NCBI RefSeq assembly: GCF_018350175.1 | Contig: NC_058368.1 | Span: forward strand, 127,908,001 to 127,972,000 | Direction: 5' to 3' | Length of the DNA: 64,000 nucleotides | DNA from: Felis catus | Taxonomy: Eukaryota | Shown here: in pieces, positions 13,030 to 26,698 of the stretch | How positions within the stretch are numbered: position 1 is the first letter of the stretch | How the letters are laid out: every line of letters begins with the position of its first letter | Position numbers and translations under genes: made by a program | The notes under the pieces: model-generated | Database searches by the model: none | What the model was told of the DNA's origin: nothing | The model's input: only the letters and a program-made list of their open reading frames with translations

Positions 13030-13807
13030 TTTTAGAAAAATGCCCTTGGCAGCCCAAGAACTGAATCAATTGGGTTCCTAATAAAGAAGGAACGACAGTC
13101 GTAACAAGGAAAAGATAACAATTGTTGCTGTTTGGAGAATCCATCCATTTTATTAAGCTACTTTCACTGAAAACAACAGTGCTTATTTTACTGGATATTT
13201 TGGTTTTCTTTACTATTCCCAGTAATCACTGAATTGAGCCGTTTTCTTCCTTTTTCCACTTAAGGTTGAAAGTTTCTTCTTTGCAGACTGCTACCAACAC
13301 AAGCAGCATCCAAGTGTGCTCCCATTTAAGCAAGCCACCACTACTGTAAACTAACAGCTGTGAAACCTACTGAAAAACTAGAAGAGACTTACAGCTAGAA
13401 AATAAAATAAAATAAAAAAATTACGTCAATACCTCCCATGATCACTGGCAAAGCATGAATTCTCTGTTGAATTGATTATGCTCAGAAGAAATACAAGATT
13501 TCCTCAGGATACATTCGAAAGCTGGTACCTTTTAAAAGGAAATAAAGAAATCCCTTAAAAGAAAACTTGTTTATTTCTGTCACAGGTTGCTCCTTGCGGT
13601 GTGGACCACAATGGGTACCTTCTACTGGCTATGAATGGGCCACAGTGCACCATTTACCAACAAGAGGAAAGGAGGAATGGCTTGCACATTCTTATTTCCA
13701 ACTCTAATTTCCCAGGACTAACAGAGAAGATCAATATTTTACAAACACAACATTTTCTTCTAATCACTTTTGTTTCTATCATGATTAATCAAGGTAATGT
13801 GCATTAG

Positions 13808-14321
13808 GTATCTAGGTATCAACTGCTGTGTAACAAATTATCCCAAAATGTAGCTGCTTAAAACAGCAAGCATCTCACACAGTTTCTGGGGACCAGTAAC
13901 ACAGCAGCTGCTTAGCTAGGTGGTTGGGGGTAGGGTCTTTCAGGGAGCTTCAGTCAAGGTGCCAACGAGGGGAGCAGACATCTCAAGGCCCAACCATGGC
14001 TGGAGAAAGTTTCCACAGTCAATCATGCAGTTGCTTGCACATATTTGTTCCTTGCTGGCTGTTGGCCTGAAGTCTCCATACCTCATCACATCAGCTTCTT
14101 CATAAGCTGTCTAAAGCCTCCATGATTTGGCAGCCAGTTTCTCCCAGAGTGAGTGATCAGACAGCATGTGAGTCAACACTCAAGATAGATGCCACAGTCC
14201 TTAATAACCTAACCTCAAAAGTGACATACCATTCCTTGCTGTATTCTACTGGTCACAGACATTAACCAAGTACAAGGTCAAAGGGCATCAGTAGAGACCA
14301 ATTTGGAGGCTGGTTACAACA
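13808..14321 (-). mobile_element. MaLR (MLT1-type) solo LTR
   Basis: ctgctgtgtaacaaattatcccaaaatgtagctgcttaaaacagcaa...tctcacacagtttctg...ttggaggctggttacaaca, typical of MLT1 in reverse orientation. Confidence 0.75.
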
Positions 14322-16769
14322 GACTGTGTCTTTAGATGTCCATTTTCTATGATGCATCCAAACAGTTTGATGTTCAAACGGCTACTTTATTGCCTCCCAC
14401 CACCAGAGAGCAGTTCTGAACTTTTCTTTAGGAGAGCATATGGAGGTAAGGCCTGTAAGTCCCTTTAAGTCACCAACAAAAACTATGAATGTACTTCCAA
14501 GGGTAATGTACAAAGGCGTTATTACAATTTTGTACACATTTCTGAGCATCCAAGCATTCCTTAAAAACTTTCCAAGGATCTCAGGTTCAAAACTACTGTC
14601 CTCAACAATTACCTTCTTCCTGCAATCATTAAGTGCAAGGACCTATCTACTGTCAGGAACTTGATACTCACAGTTGAACACTAGCATTTAACCAGAAATT
14701 CAAAGAGCTTCATATAGAACATGGCCATATTCTGAGTCAGCCATTAAAGACACTCCCAGATGCGAAATCCAAATCCTTCCTTACGTAGCAGTCCTTGAAA
14801 GATAAATAAGTCTTAGGAGTGCTGATTCTTTCACAACAGGTTAAAGAGAGATAGAGGAATTTTTCTATGGAAAGCCTTTATGAACAAAAATATAGTATTT
14901 CACGAGTATTTGAGGGTATCTAAGCTCTGTCTATGTTTAAAACTGTGGTAAATGAAGTTGAGCCTAATTTGATTTTTGTTGTCTGTCCCTGTTCCCTTTC
15001 TTTCCTTTTCCAGGTTTACATTTTGTAATCTGGACCCTGAACCATAGCCACTCACCTTTAGCCTAAGAGGTCCTTTTACTGACTTATAATCTTCCTTTTC
15101 CACTTACACAATTTTCAGGAATGTTTCTTAAATATTACTTTCCTCTTCCAACTGGTTATCTAGAATATATAGATTTTATTTTCTGGTATCATTTAATAGA
15201 AGACTTCAGACACAGAGTAAAAGCTTATATAAATCCATAGTCCTGTGCACTTCCTGTGTATTCCCATGGCATCCTATGCATATCCTGAGAGAGTACAAAG
15301 GAGAGGATAAATACAGGTGGTACTTTCTGATTTTCATTGCTCATTGGTCTGCCCTTCCACCACCAGCTGTGAGCTCTACCAGAACTAGACTGCTTCTACC
15401 TTGTTCACCATTGTATCACCAACATCCAGCCAGTAAATATTTGGTACATATGTATTGAATGAATTAAATAATAAACTAACTCAATAATTCTTATTCCATA
15501 GTCCTATATCAAAGATAAATACAAACATGAACATTACATAGGTGGAATAAAATAGAAAAGAGCTCTGGGCTGAGTTAAAATGCCTGGCCTTGATATGTCT
15601 CAGCTGTGTGAATGAGGCTCAAACTCTTGAGTCTCAGTTTCCTCCTTTATAAAATGGTATTTTACATGACATGACCACTTGACAGGCTTTTTTAGAAGTC
15701 CAATGGGAAAATTAATGTGGAAACTATTTTATAAGCCATCAAATACTAAAATTTATCATGGATTACTATTGTGGTTACTAAATGATACTGGATAATTGAC
15801 AGAGATACTATGTAACATGAAGAATTGGTGAAAGTTTTTTAAAAGTATCTCTCACAGAGAAATCTATACTCACTGGCCTGACAGTGTCAGAAGGAGTACT
15901 TCTACAAGGTAAATAAGCAACCACTTCTGTTCTGAAGGCTGAATTCTGTGCTGTCATTATAAAACCAGTTATTGATCTTGACAAGTACAGAAGGTACTTT
16001 GCAGAAAATAGCTATGACAAGGTCCCTGACTACTAGGTTTGCATCTAAACAAGGGTAGAAAACTTGGTCTCAATAATAAAGCTCACATACCTCCTTCCGA
16101 GGAGGCCAAGCATTCCTATCTTTTTCAACTATATTCCTGAGGGTTGGGAAAACTGAATACACAATAAACAGCAGCTAGGCAACCTTATGAGTTTGTTATC
16201 TCTATGTAAATAGGTAAAAATGTAGGTGTATTTATGCACCATAGCCTCTTATCATAAATGGGAACTTGTAAGTAGCTCATTTAGACACTTTGCAGGATGT
16301 AGTAGCACTGACAAATAAAGACCTGTTTCTAATCTTAAAACAAAAAGAAAATAACCATTTACTATTTTACAATGTAGAGTCATGTGTCAACAATTCACAA
16401 TCTGGATTACGTGGTAACTTGCTCTATTTCATAATGGTGTTACTTTTGTTTCCTCTAACAAAGTCCAAGTTCCCTTCCCAATGTGATTGAGAAGGCTCAG
16501 CAAATAATTAAACTCGAATATAGAAAAAAAATTCAAAAATCTTTCTTCAAAGTAAGCTATTTCCCTTTGCTTCCTTATGGAAAATATCTATTTCTATTCT
16601 GCATTTAAAACCATCATAAACATTTCAGGCAAAGGATTTAAGATGTGATGCTTCCCATGCCATCATGAGATCACATCAGAAACAATGGGGCTACATTTAT
16701 AGGATCACATGTTAACCTCATTATCAGGATTTTGTGAGTTAACTGGAAAATAATGATAAAAATTCTTTT

Positions 16770-17290
16770 AATGTTTCCCTGAAGAATATACATACAAAAA
16801 AAGTACATAAAGCATAAGCATACAGCTCTATAAACTTCTGCAGAGTATACCACATAATTCGTAACCAGATCAAAAAGAAAAAGAAACATTAGTACCCCAG
16901 AAACCCCCATATGCTCCCTTACAATCAATCACTAGTGCCCCTCCCCAAAATAGCTAACACCAAAAACTAGTTTTGCCTATTTTTGCACTTTATGTAAACT
17001 AAATCAGACAGTAGGCATTCTTTTGTGTCTAGGTAACCTTAAGTCTAAGAGATTCCTCAATATTTTCTTATGTAGCTGCGATTCACTCATTAAGGCTGAT
17101 TAGTATTACACTATGTAAATACATTACAATTTAGTCATTTTTTTTTCTAATGGGCATTGAGTATTTTCAACTTTCATCTGTTACAAATAGTGCTGCTATG
17201 AATATTTTCATAGTCTTTTGATGAACATTTGCATGCACTTGTGTGTGATGTGTCCCTACAGGTAGGCAGGTAGAATTGCTGGATCATAGG

Positions 17291-17332
<42 letters not shown>

Positions 17333-17640
17333 CTTTAGTCAATGCTGCCAAATAGCATTTACAAAGAAAATGTGTAATACGCACTCTCAGACAGTGATTG
17401 AAGTTTCTGGTTGCTCCACATTCCTGTCAACACTAGGTATTGTCTGTCTTTTTTATTTTACCATTTCTTATGGATTTGTAGTAGCACTGAATTGTGATTT
17501 TGTTTTTCCTTTTTGTATATGTATTGACCATTTGGTTATTCTCTTTAATGAAGTATCTCTTCAAGTCTTTGGATCACTTTCCTATTGGGATGTCTGTCTA
17601 ATTCTGATTGATTTATAGTAGTTGTTTACATATTTTGGAT
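16770..17640 (-). mobile_element. Old mammalian L1 (L1M-type) 3' end fragment containing a (CA)n tract
   Basis: Reverse L1 3' motifs (aacattagtaccccagaaacccc; gttacaaatagtgctgctatgaatatt; agaattgctggatcatagg; tgctccacattcctgtcaacact). Confidence 0.75.
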
Positions 17641-18948
17641 TTAAGTCAGGAGTGAGTTTTGTATTCTTAAATCATTAGTATAAGGTGATTGGGTCCATTT
17701 CATGAATGAATTAAAACCAGAAAAAGTGTGTGAAATTCACTTAATAAATATTTATCAAGCATCTATTACATGCCAGACACTGTGCTAGGCTATATGGAAA
17801 TGATTTATAACACTTAGACTCTTGCCTCAACAAATTATAGGATAGTAGATTATAACTGCAGAAGTTCAGGTAGAATGCATTTTTTTTTAATTGCATAGCT
17901 CCTCTATGTCAACACACAAGCTCAGTTTCAAAGTCCTTCCACCTCTAAAGGTCTGAAAAACAGCCCAAGAAAAGGGCACATTCTTGAACCAAATCCAATA
18001 GCTCATATAGTTTTGAATTAAATAAATGAAATTATGAAAAAACCTGCTTATTAAATGTTTGGCTTTGGCTCACTGCCCTAGGGTGCCGGCTGAGTTTCAC
18101 AGTCGTCAATCACACATATCATGAGAGAATGAGGAGCTTGTGTGGTCAAGCTCATTGATTTAGGTATCAGGGATGCTGGAGGCAGATTCAGAAATAGAAA
18201 TGTGCCTAACAGTCCAAGAATCAAGGGTACAGTCTTTAAAGCTTCTAAGAAAAGAGGCCTGAGAGAGCTTTCTGTCTGGAACCTAGACTAGCCACAAGAC
18301 AAAATCATAGTAATTGCTGCTACTTATCATTTCCTGAAAGATCCTGTTGCCTTCTGATCCCAAATAGTTCAGGCCTCTTGCCCTGGTCTCTCCATTAAAC
18401 TCAAATACCCTTTGTTAGTCTCTGCCCAGGCTTGCTCAACAACCACATCGTCAGTCCCAAATTAAGAAAATATATCTGGTTATTAAATCCAAGTAACTCA
18501 TTTTTTTGCATTGATCAGAATTCAAAAATAAAAACATATTTGATTATTGAAAGGATATGCTAACACTCCTTAGAGTTTAGATCTTTTTACTCCTATGGTG
18601 GGCATCGCCTTCAAAGTCCCAGTGATGTGCTAAAATTTTACTTAGAAATTAGCTAAGTTATATGTGCATTCTTAGACAATAAAAGTAATACTATATTCAT
18701 GTCTTCATGTAACCCATAGGTCCATACTTTAAAACATAATCAGTTCTAGATTATTTCCAGTCTAAAAAAAAAAGTCATTTTAGAATATTTTAAAATTATT
18801 TTTTAATTATAAAATTTCATTCTAGAAAATTTGAAAAATAAAAGTATAGAGAAATATGAAATAAAATCACCTATAATTGTTATCTGCCCTAGTCTCTAAT
18901 AATATCTTGACATAATTTCTACCTACTATTTCTATGTTTGTTTTTAAA

Positions 18949-19151
18949 TTTTTTTTAATGTTTATTTTTGAGACAGAGACAGAGTGCAAGTGGGGGAGGG
19001 ACAGAGAGAGAGGGAGACACAGAATCTGAAGCATGTTCCAGGATCTGAGTTGTCGGCAAAGAGCCCGACATAGGGCTTGAACACACAGGCTGAGAGATCA
19101 TGACCTGAGATGAAGTTGGCTGCTTAACCAACTGAGCCACCCAGGTTCCCC
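18949..19151 (-). mobile_element. CAN-SINE within degenerate old L1 sequence
   Basis: Reverse-complement head ...actgagccacccaggttcccc; TSD TATGTTTG(T/C)TTTTAAA. Confidence 0.94.
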
Positions 19152-21809
19152 TATGTTTGCTTTTAAAATAACATCACATAGTCAGATTTTCACATCATTT
19201 AAAAAATTAATTTAAATTCATGGCATCAAATTTTCCATGTTTAAAAAACTCTTCATAAACTTAACTTCTAATATTGATATAATATACCATGAGAATAATA
19301 CATTCTAATTTATTTAATTCTCCCCCTCCCTTTAAGGCAGTTAGGGTTCTTAAAATACTTTCACTGAATAAATAGTGTTGAAGTAAAGGCTTTCAGCTAA
19401 CAAACGCTACTTTTTAATTTTAGATTTTTTTTCATGAATATATTCCTAGAATTAAAATGTGGTATAGAAATATTTTTAAAGATATACATATTTCCAAAAT
19501 ACTTTCCAGGAAAATGTTTTTCTATTTTTTATGAATGTCTGTTTTCCTTCATCCTCATAAGAATTGAGTATATTTTTTTGTGTGTACATTTCATTTAGTG
19601 AGAGATGAAAATGTTAACTGTTTTTACTTTCACTCATTTCTAGCAAAGCAGATGATTTTTCAATTATTTATTAGCCATATGAATTTCCTTATTTATACAA
19701 TTTAATTATCCAAATATTTACTGAGAATCCACTAAGTGAGAGGCAGTGTTCTAAGCTATAGAAAAACATCAGTGAACAAAGCCAAAATATTCTCTGGCCT
19801 CACAAAGCTAGTGGGAACAAACACTACATAAACAAACTACCATGAAATATGTCAGTTAGTGATCAGTACTACAAGATAAAAATCAGGAAAGTAAAGAGTT
19901 AGAAGACAAAGGAAGTACTACTCTACATAAGTAGTAAAGGAAGAATTCCCTCTAATAAAATAAAATACTCAAGAAAATTTATGTGTAACTTTTCTGTTCA
20001 TTTCCTCTCCTGGCTCATTTATAGGAGTCTTCTCAAACTGTTATTGAAAAAAAGATAGTCAATATCTACAGTCTTTTGGCACTAAGAAAAGCAATATAAC
20101 TTCTTAAATTTATTAGATTTTATTTCCTTTCTTCTCAGAAAGCATGATGATATTTAACTACTGGCCATCTACACCTCACTGCTCCTGATACACTTAGCTT
20201 TTTCTTGTAAATAGTAATGTGATATATTATTATATGTATACCCAGATAATCTTAGCAAGTTGGCTTTGCCATTTACACATATATGAAAAACTAGTCTTAA
20301 TTATTTAATCTTGACCACTAAATTCAGTTTTTCTCTGAATATACAAAACCCAGATGGTTTGGGAATCAATCCTATGAAGAAAAAAAATGGTGCTAATATT
20401 ACCAACCTCAAGGTTACTGTAAGAATTCCATGAGTTCACTACATGTTTAGCTGGGTACCTGGTACATATTGTATACTCAGTAAATACCTCAATATTTTCA
20501 TTATTAACTTATTTCACACCATATACTACTTAGCCAGGAAAAGCAGCCCCTCAGTCTCATCTTTCCCTTAAACTGGCTTCTTGGAAATTGAGCAACAAGT
20601 TATTAGGAGAACATGATTCTGATGTTGACTTCCATCTAAAATTATAGCAGTGTAGAAATCCAGTCTGCTTCCAAGTTTCTTTGTGCAAATGAGCACCATT
20701 TGAAATGTTAGAGATTTAGAGAAAATTTAGTCATTTCTCTATTTTGTAGTCCTCTGAAAGGCTCATGCAAATTTGCTGTGAATCTGTTCATCGAAGGTAG
20801 AGCCCTGTGAGCTACAGGGACTTTTAACTGTTTCACACAAAAATACTAACAAAAACTATATACGTATTAGGAAAAGGGGAGAAACATTTTAGCTGGACCA
20901 TTCATTTATTCAAATATTTACTGAAGTGACTGCCTCATTAATCATTATTTTCTCATTCTAATGTCATTGCTTCATCTCATAAAAAGTTTCTTTCATCAGA
21001 AATGTAAATTTCCAAATCAGTTTCTCGAGTATCTTCAATATTATGACCCTATCGACAAGACCCTAGCATCTTCTTCAAATCTCTTACTCTCTGACCTAAA
21101 AGTAGATAGTAACAAATCAAAGTTTAAAGACACTATTCTTTAAAGGGCTGATTTGAAATTTTCCTAAGTCATTTTTTAAGTCCAATGAAAACATCTTAAA
21201 TTTAAGAGTGGGTCAATAAAAACACTTTGAAGCACAGCCCAGGTAACATCAGCAATCAAAATTCATCATGAAGTGCTTGGCACAAAAGATTTTCTTAATG
21301 AATTATCCATTAAGATGTCAGACAAATTACTTGGCATGGACTTTTCTAAGAGAAAGTGGAAAGAGAGGGAAACAGTCAAGTATAGTGGATGCTAAAGGAA
21401 AACAAAAGGCATTGAGAAGGAAGGTTGCAGTAACTGTCATGGCTTCTTTCCACTTTCTGGACTTCCATAAGCTTCTTACTTTGTTCTCACAACCTCACAT
21501 ACTTTCCTTACTCTTCTGGAAAAGTATAGATATAAGTTGATTTTGGAGTCAATTTTGGCTTCTGAATCTTAAATGGGAATTTTATTTTAATAACAAAATC
21601 TGCAATATTATATTACATGAACTTGATCATCCATGTGCCCCCTTCTTCCTTACTATATGGAATTAAAGAAGAAATTGATAGTCTGGCCACCTTAAGAGTT
21701 TGAACTCTATGAAAAGAAGGTATCTTTTATCACTTACTTTCAGAAAAACATTGTTGAGTATAAATCACTTTACTTGAAACATTATTTTCCCATATCTCCC
21801 AACTGGGTT

Positions 21810-22204
21810 AGAGAGGAGCTAGAAAAAGAATAACAGAGATCTAAAGCATGAGAGGGACTCAACCTACTGCTGCTGACTTTGAACAAAGAGAAGGGCCATG
21901 AACCAAGGAATGTAGTGGCCTATGGAAGCTGGGACAGCTTTCAGATGATAGCCAAGAAAAAAACGGGGATCTCAGCCCTACAAATGCAAGGAACCAAATT
22001 CTCCCAACAACCCAAAAAATCAAAGAAATGAATTTTCCCTTGGAGCCTCCAGAGAGGAACACAGGTTGGCTGGTAATACCTTGACTTTAGTGCAGTAAGA
22101 CCTGTGTCAGACTTCTAACTTTCAGAACCATAAGATGAGTTTGTACTGTTCAAGCTGCTAAGTTTGAGGTAATTTGTTACAGTAGCAGTAGAAAACTAAT
22201 ATAG
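21810..22204 (+). mobile_element. MaLR (MLT1-type) LTR, 5'-truncated
   Basis: ggccatgaaccaaggaatgtagtggcc...ggagcctccagagaggaacaca...ggtaatttgttacagtagcagtagaaaactaatata, a typical MLT1 3' end. Confidence 0.8.
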
Positions 22205-23107
22205 AAGAGATCTTAAAGGTATTTTGAGCCCTATCCATAATTTTAATGAGAAAATTGAGTCCTAGATATGCTATAGAATTTTTCTTCCCTGTCCAACTGG
22301 CCTCAAGTTCCACTTGGATACCTTTTCCTCCAGGAACTTTCCTCTGGCCCTCCAGGACTCAGTTAGGTGTTCCTGCTCTACAGTCTCATATCACCCCATT
22401 CACAATTTACCTCACTCTCTAATTCCTGAAACTGCCACTAATTTTTTTAGGTCAAGGACTTTGTCTTTCCCAACATAGTATCTCCTAAACATAACATATT
22501 CCCAGCAGTTATAGCTCAACAACACTGAATTTAAAAAAAAAAAAAGCAGAACTTATGTTTCCTAGTTACAAATTCCAGATTCTTTCCCCAAAGCGGTAGC
22601 ATGTTCTGCTAAAAATGAACAAAACATGGCAAACAAGTCAGTAACCTTGAAATGGCAGTATGCCTCGTTTGTTATAAGCATGGGCTTTAAAATCAAACAA
22701 ATCAGGTTCATTTCCTAGCTCTACCATCCATTAGATGGTATTTGACAAGTTTCCTTAAAAGTTAATTTCCTTTAGTGTTAGTTCCTTGTTTGTAAAAAGA
22801 AGATTGTAACTGAACCTGCTCAAACAACTGTATGAGTATTCATTGAACATTGAAATAATGCTTGTAAAAAGCTTAGCCAGATACCCAGCACAGAGGAAGA
22901 GCTAAATAAAAAAACTACCATTATTATTAACATGAAAGAAAGAGGGGGGGGGGAGGGACAACTGAGGGGAGGGAGGGATGGAGAGAGGAAGGAGGGAAGG
23001 AGGGAAGGAAAGAAGGAAGGAAAGAAGGAAGAAAGGAAAATGCTCTTTTCCCACTCTTCAACTGCCCCACCTAATGGCAAGAGGCATGAATCACAGCCAT
23101 TTTCTTT

Positions 23108-23126
23108 CCTTTTTTAAATGTTTATT

Positions 23127-23169
<43 letters not shown>

Positions 23170-23337
23170 CGCGCTTAAGCTGGGGTGGGGGAGACAGACA
23201 GGGAGAGAGAGAGAGAATCACAAGCAGGATCCTGCTGTCAGAGCTCAACGCAGGGCTTGATCTCACCCACAGGGGGATCATGACCCGAGCCTAAATCAAG
23301 AGTCAGATGCTTAACTGACTAAGACACTCAGGTGCCT
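23108..23337 (-). mobile_element. CAN-SINE with (AG)n(GC)n linker
   Basis: Reverse-complement SINE body; flanking CAGCCAT(T/G)TTCTT repeat; small duplication aagacac at the head junction. Confidence 0.92.
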
Positions 23338-24534
23338 AAGACACCCAGCAGCCATGTTCTTGACTCCATGGGTGAAAAAGCCCAGCAAGGATTTTCCTTA
23401 TCTGTGCAAAAGTGCAGCCTTGTGATTACCACACAGACTAACCTCCCTTTCACAGTCCTACACCCCGCTCCAAGTCAAGTGCTAGCAGACAGTTCAGGAC
23501 AAAGCAAACACAAGTAAGGCAGAGAGCTCAAAACCCAGCTCTAGCTAGTGAAAAGAATATGGGTTGGAATTCAGGGCTGCCACTTACAAGCAGCACCTAT
23601 TCAGGTACTAGGAAATCCATCTTCTTTGTAACCAGTCTTGAATGACATCCTTTCTCACCAGAGATGAAGGTATACATGCGGGAACATGAGGTATACATGC
23701 GGTAACACATCAAAGTGCTCAGCACCTTCTCACTCTATTAGCATTATGGGGGACCACAGAAAGTTCACTCTCTGCTGCCCCTCTTTTACAGAGGAGAAAA
23801 CTGAGGTACAGTGAGGTATGACTTTCCAGAAATCACAAACATCATTAGTGGCAGAATCTATGTCCTTGAGAAAGAGGCCTATTCCCAACTTGCTGCATCC
23901 ACCTAGCACTTATCACCATTTCCTAAAAAAAAAAAAAAAACCAAACTGCCTCAGTCTCCTACTTCTACCAAGTAAAAACTTATATGATGCGCTGTAGAAG
24001 TTTAGAGGGAAAAAGTGAGGAGGGACATATTTTTAAACTAGAAACTTGTGTTAGGACTAAAGAAATTAGAATATATACTCAACAAAACACAGCACAGTAT
24101 TACAAAAGGAACTTGAGCAGAATAGATTTTCCCAGCAAGCCCCATATATGGTGGATTAGCATACTGTGTAAAGTTGAAAATGCTTTCCAGAGCTCGCCGT
24201 TTGGTGTCAATAAATGAAATTAACTATGGTCCTTTGAAAGGTTTTCCCTTATTATCAACTCAGAGTTGTCCTTTTGTGTCTCAGCAGTTGGGGTTGATCA
24301 GATTCCATTGTGTCTCTAGGAACCTATTCAAAATCCATTATCGGGTTTTGCTTTGCATTGACCCATTTGCTTTGTTGTTATATTAATTGGGTTGTTCCGG
24401 GGTTGCGTGTGTGCGCGCGCGCGTGTGTATGTGTGTGTTCATTCTTACAAACAATAGTTGACCTACAGAATATGTCCTGAATTTACCTCCCAAATCCATG
24501 ATACAGATTTATTATACTAAAAAAAAGCGCTGTT

Positions 24535-24724
24535 AGTCTAGTCCAAGTGGGGTCCTTGGAATACCTACCGTGTCTGAATCACCTGGGGAACTATTTAACC
24601 GTGGCGGTCCCGGCACTCTTCCAAGACAGACTGATCAAAGTCGCCTGAAGTGAACTTGGAGAATATGCATTTTAAGCACTTATTCCTGATGATTCAAATG
24701 CACACTGTGCTGTGAGAGTCACTG
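24535..24724. mobile_element. MER5A-like MITE
   Basis: ccaagtggggtccttgg...gaatcacctggggaactattt...tgcattttaagcac...gatgattcaaatgcacact...tgagagtcactg. Confidence 0.65.
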
Positions 24725-25401
24725 CCAGGATCAGAAAGATGCCCCCCAACCACAAAGAGCAAAGAAAAAATTAATTTGCTGCTTCTCTCAGAAAGCCCAG
24801 CTGCTGGCATCCTTTTCACCTGGTACTACAGACTGAATTTGTATGGCTCCTTAAATTCACAAGAGGCTTCCATAGAAAGATTTTTAATGATTTCTTCCTA
24901 GTCCCTGTCCTGAGAACAAATTACACAGAAACACAAACAGATGGTTTTCAGTTATCTGTTTTTTAAACAATCTAAGTAAACTGAAAAACACAATGTGTTA
25001 TTATCAAGTCACAGCTGCACCAAAATCTACCCAACTAACATTCAAGGTCATTTTGAAAGAAGGAAAAAGAGATATGCAGCCTTAATTATCTGTTTTTAAT
25101 TGAAAGTCTGGCTTAAATTCTGGACTACTTGTATTGTTTCATAAACTGTTTGGGTCAAGTTGTTATAAAATGTGAAGCATGCTTCCTTTTTCTCCTTTCA
25201 ATCATTATCATTCTCTTCATTCTTCTATTTCTATCCCTCTTTCCTTGCCATTTTATTATTCTATATCTTTACCTCTTGAGAAATTATTTGAACCGACTTC
25301 TACATATTCTCCCACAGGTTCAAGTTTAGCTACACACCACTCATTTCCTCGGAAAGACTTGGTTCTTTTGAGTAATCTTTCCTGGTAGTCTTTGCTCTTT
25401 C

Positions 25402-25643
25402 TTCCCCTTTCTTTTTTTTTTAAATGTTTATTTATTTTATTTTGGACAGAGAGAAAGAGAGCACGAGTGAGGGAGGGGCAGAGAGAGAGAGAGAGAGAGA
25501 GGACGAGAGAGGACGAGAGAGAATCAGAAGTAGGCTCTATGCTGACAACGCAGAGCCTGATGCAGGGCTCAAACTCAACAACCATGAGATCAGGACCTGA
25601 GCTGAAGGCAGAAGCTTAACCAACTGAGCCACCCAGGTGCCCC
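25402..25643 (-). mobile_element. CAN-SINE
   Basis: Reverse-complement head ...actgagccacccaggtgcccc; TSD TCTTTGCTC(T/C)TTCT. Confidence 0.94.
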
Positions 25644-26596
25644 ATCTTTGCTCCTTCTGATAGGAACCACGACTGTACACTTACCCAAGTGCAATGGCAC
25701 AGGTGCGTCTGATTTTACAGATAGAAAAGGCAGATGGGAAAAAAACTGGGTGATCCTGAATTGTACTGTATCTTTTCTCTCCAGGTAATTGTAATAACTA
25801 TCCTTCTCACTTCAGGTACACATAGGCCTCGGGTGTAGCAGTGGTATGGAAAGGGAGAAGGGTGAAATGCAAAGTGGTTAACCACACTGAGACTGTAAGA
25901 AGATACCTCCTTTAATGAATGTACTCTTAGCATTGCCAACCCTGCAAGCTTATTTTTTCCAATATTTAGTGAAAGAAGGCACTATTTCTCACCTCCTCCC
26001 AAGCCTTGAAATAAGCAGGAAAGAGATAAGCTGGGGGAAAAGAAACTGAATAGGAAAGAGGAGAAGATGAATGGTCCTAAGGCATCCTCACTGCCTTGCT
26101 GGAAATAGGGGCATACCACAGTGGAGGAGAAAGTTTCCGAGAGGAAAGCATTCTAGCAGCAACCACTTGGTGGAATCTGATCTATTGTTTGGAGAAACCT
26201 TTTCCTAGGAATGAAGGTATGATTTACTTACTATATTAGCTTCAGAATGGCTCAAAGCTGTCTCTAATACCCCTCAGTTTCCAAAGCCATTTATTCTCCA
26301 CCTCATCTTATTATTCCTTTCCTTTGTAACACATAATTTTTAAGGAAAATTATCATTTAATAAGAATATTTCTTTCCAAACTCTTACTATCAAGATGGAT
26401 TAAGCAATGGGTTAAGAGAGATGAACACTGAATGTATTCCTAAATTATAAATAATAATAACACTAAACATAAAACATATAAAACTAAATGTTCAAAAAAA
26501 CCAGTTCAAAAGATATCCTTTATTTATACATAACAGGGAAACAACCCAGAGACAGCATTTACCATTTGAACCTTGATTAAAACAGAATTTTTCACT

Positions 26597-26698
26597 GGGA
26601 CACCTGGGTGGCTCAGTCAATTAAGGGTCCAACTTTTGATTTCAGCTCTGGTCATGATCTCACGGTTCATGAGTTCAAGCCCCACATCAGGCTCTACA
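26597..26698 (+). mobile_element. CAN-SINE head only (3' part missing)
   Basis: GGGACACCTGGGTGGCTCAGTC...ATCAGGCTCTACA, then unrelated sequence; no CT linker or A tail. Confidence 0.85.

Noticed and set aside
21738..21818. 81-nt minus-strand exon-like segment with a strong acceptor and GTAAGT donor
   Set aside because: In-frame TGA at codon 18, and the acceptor lies at the edge of an MLT1 LTR.
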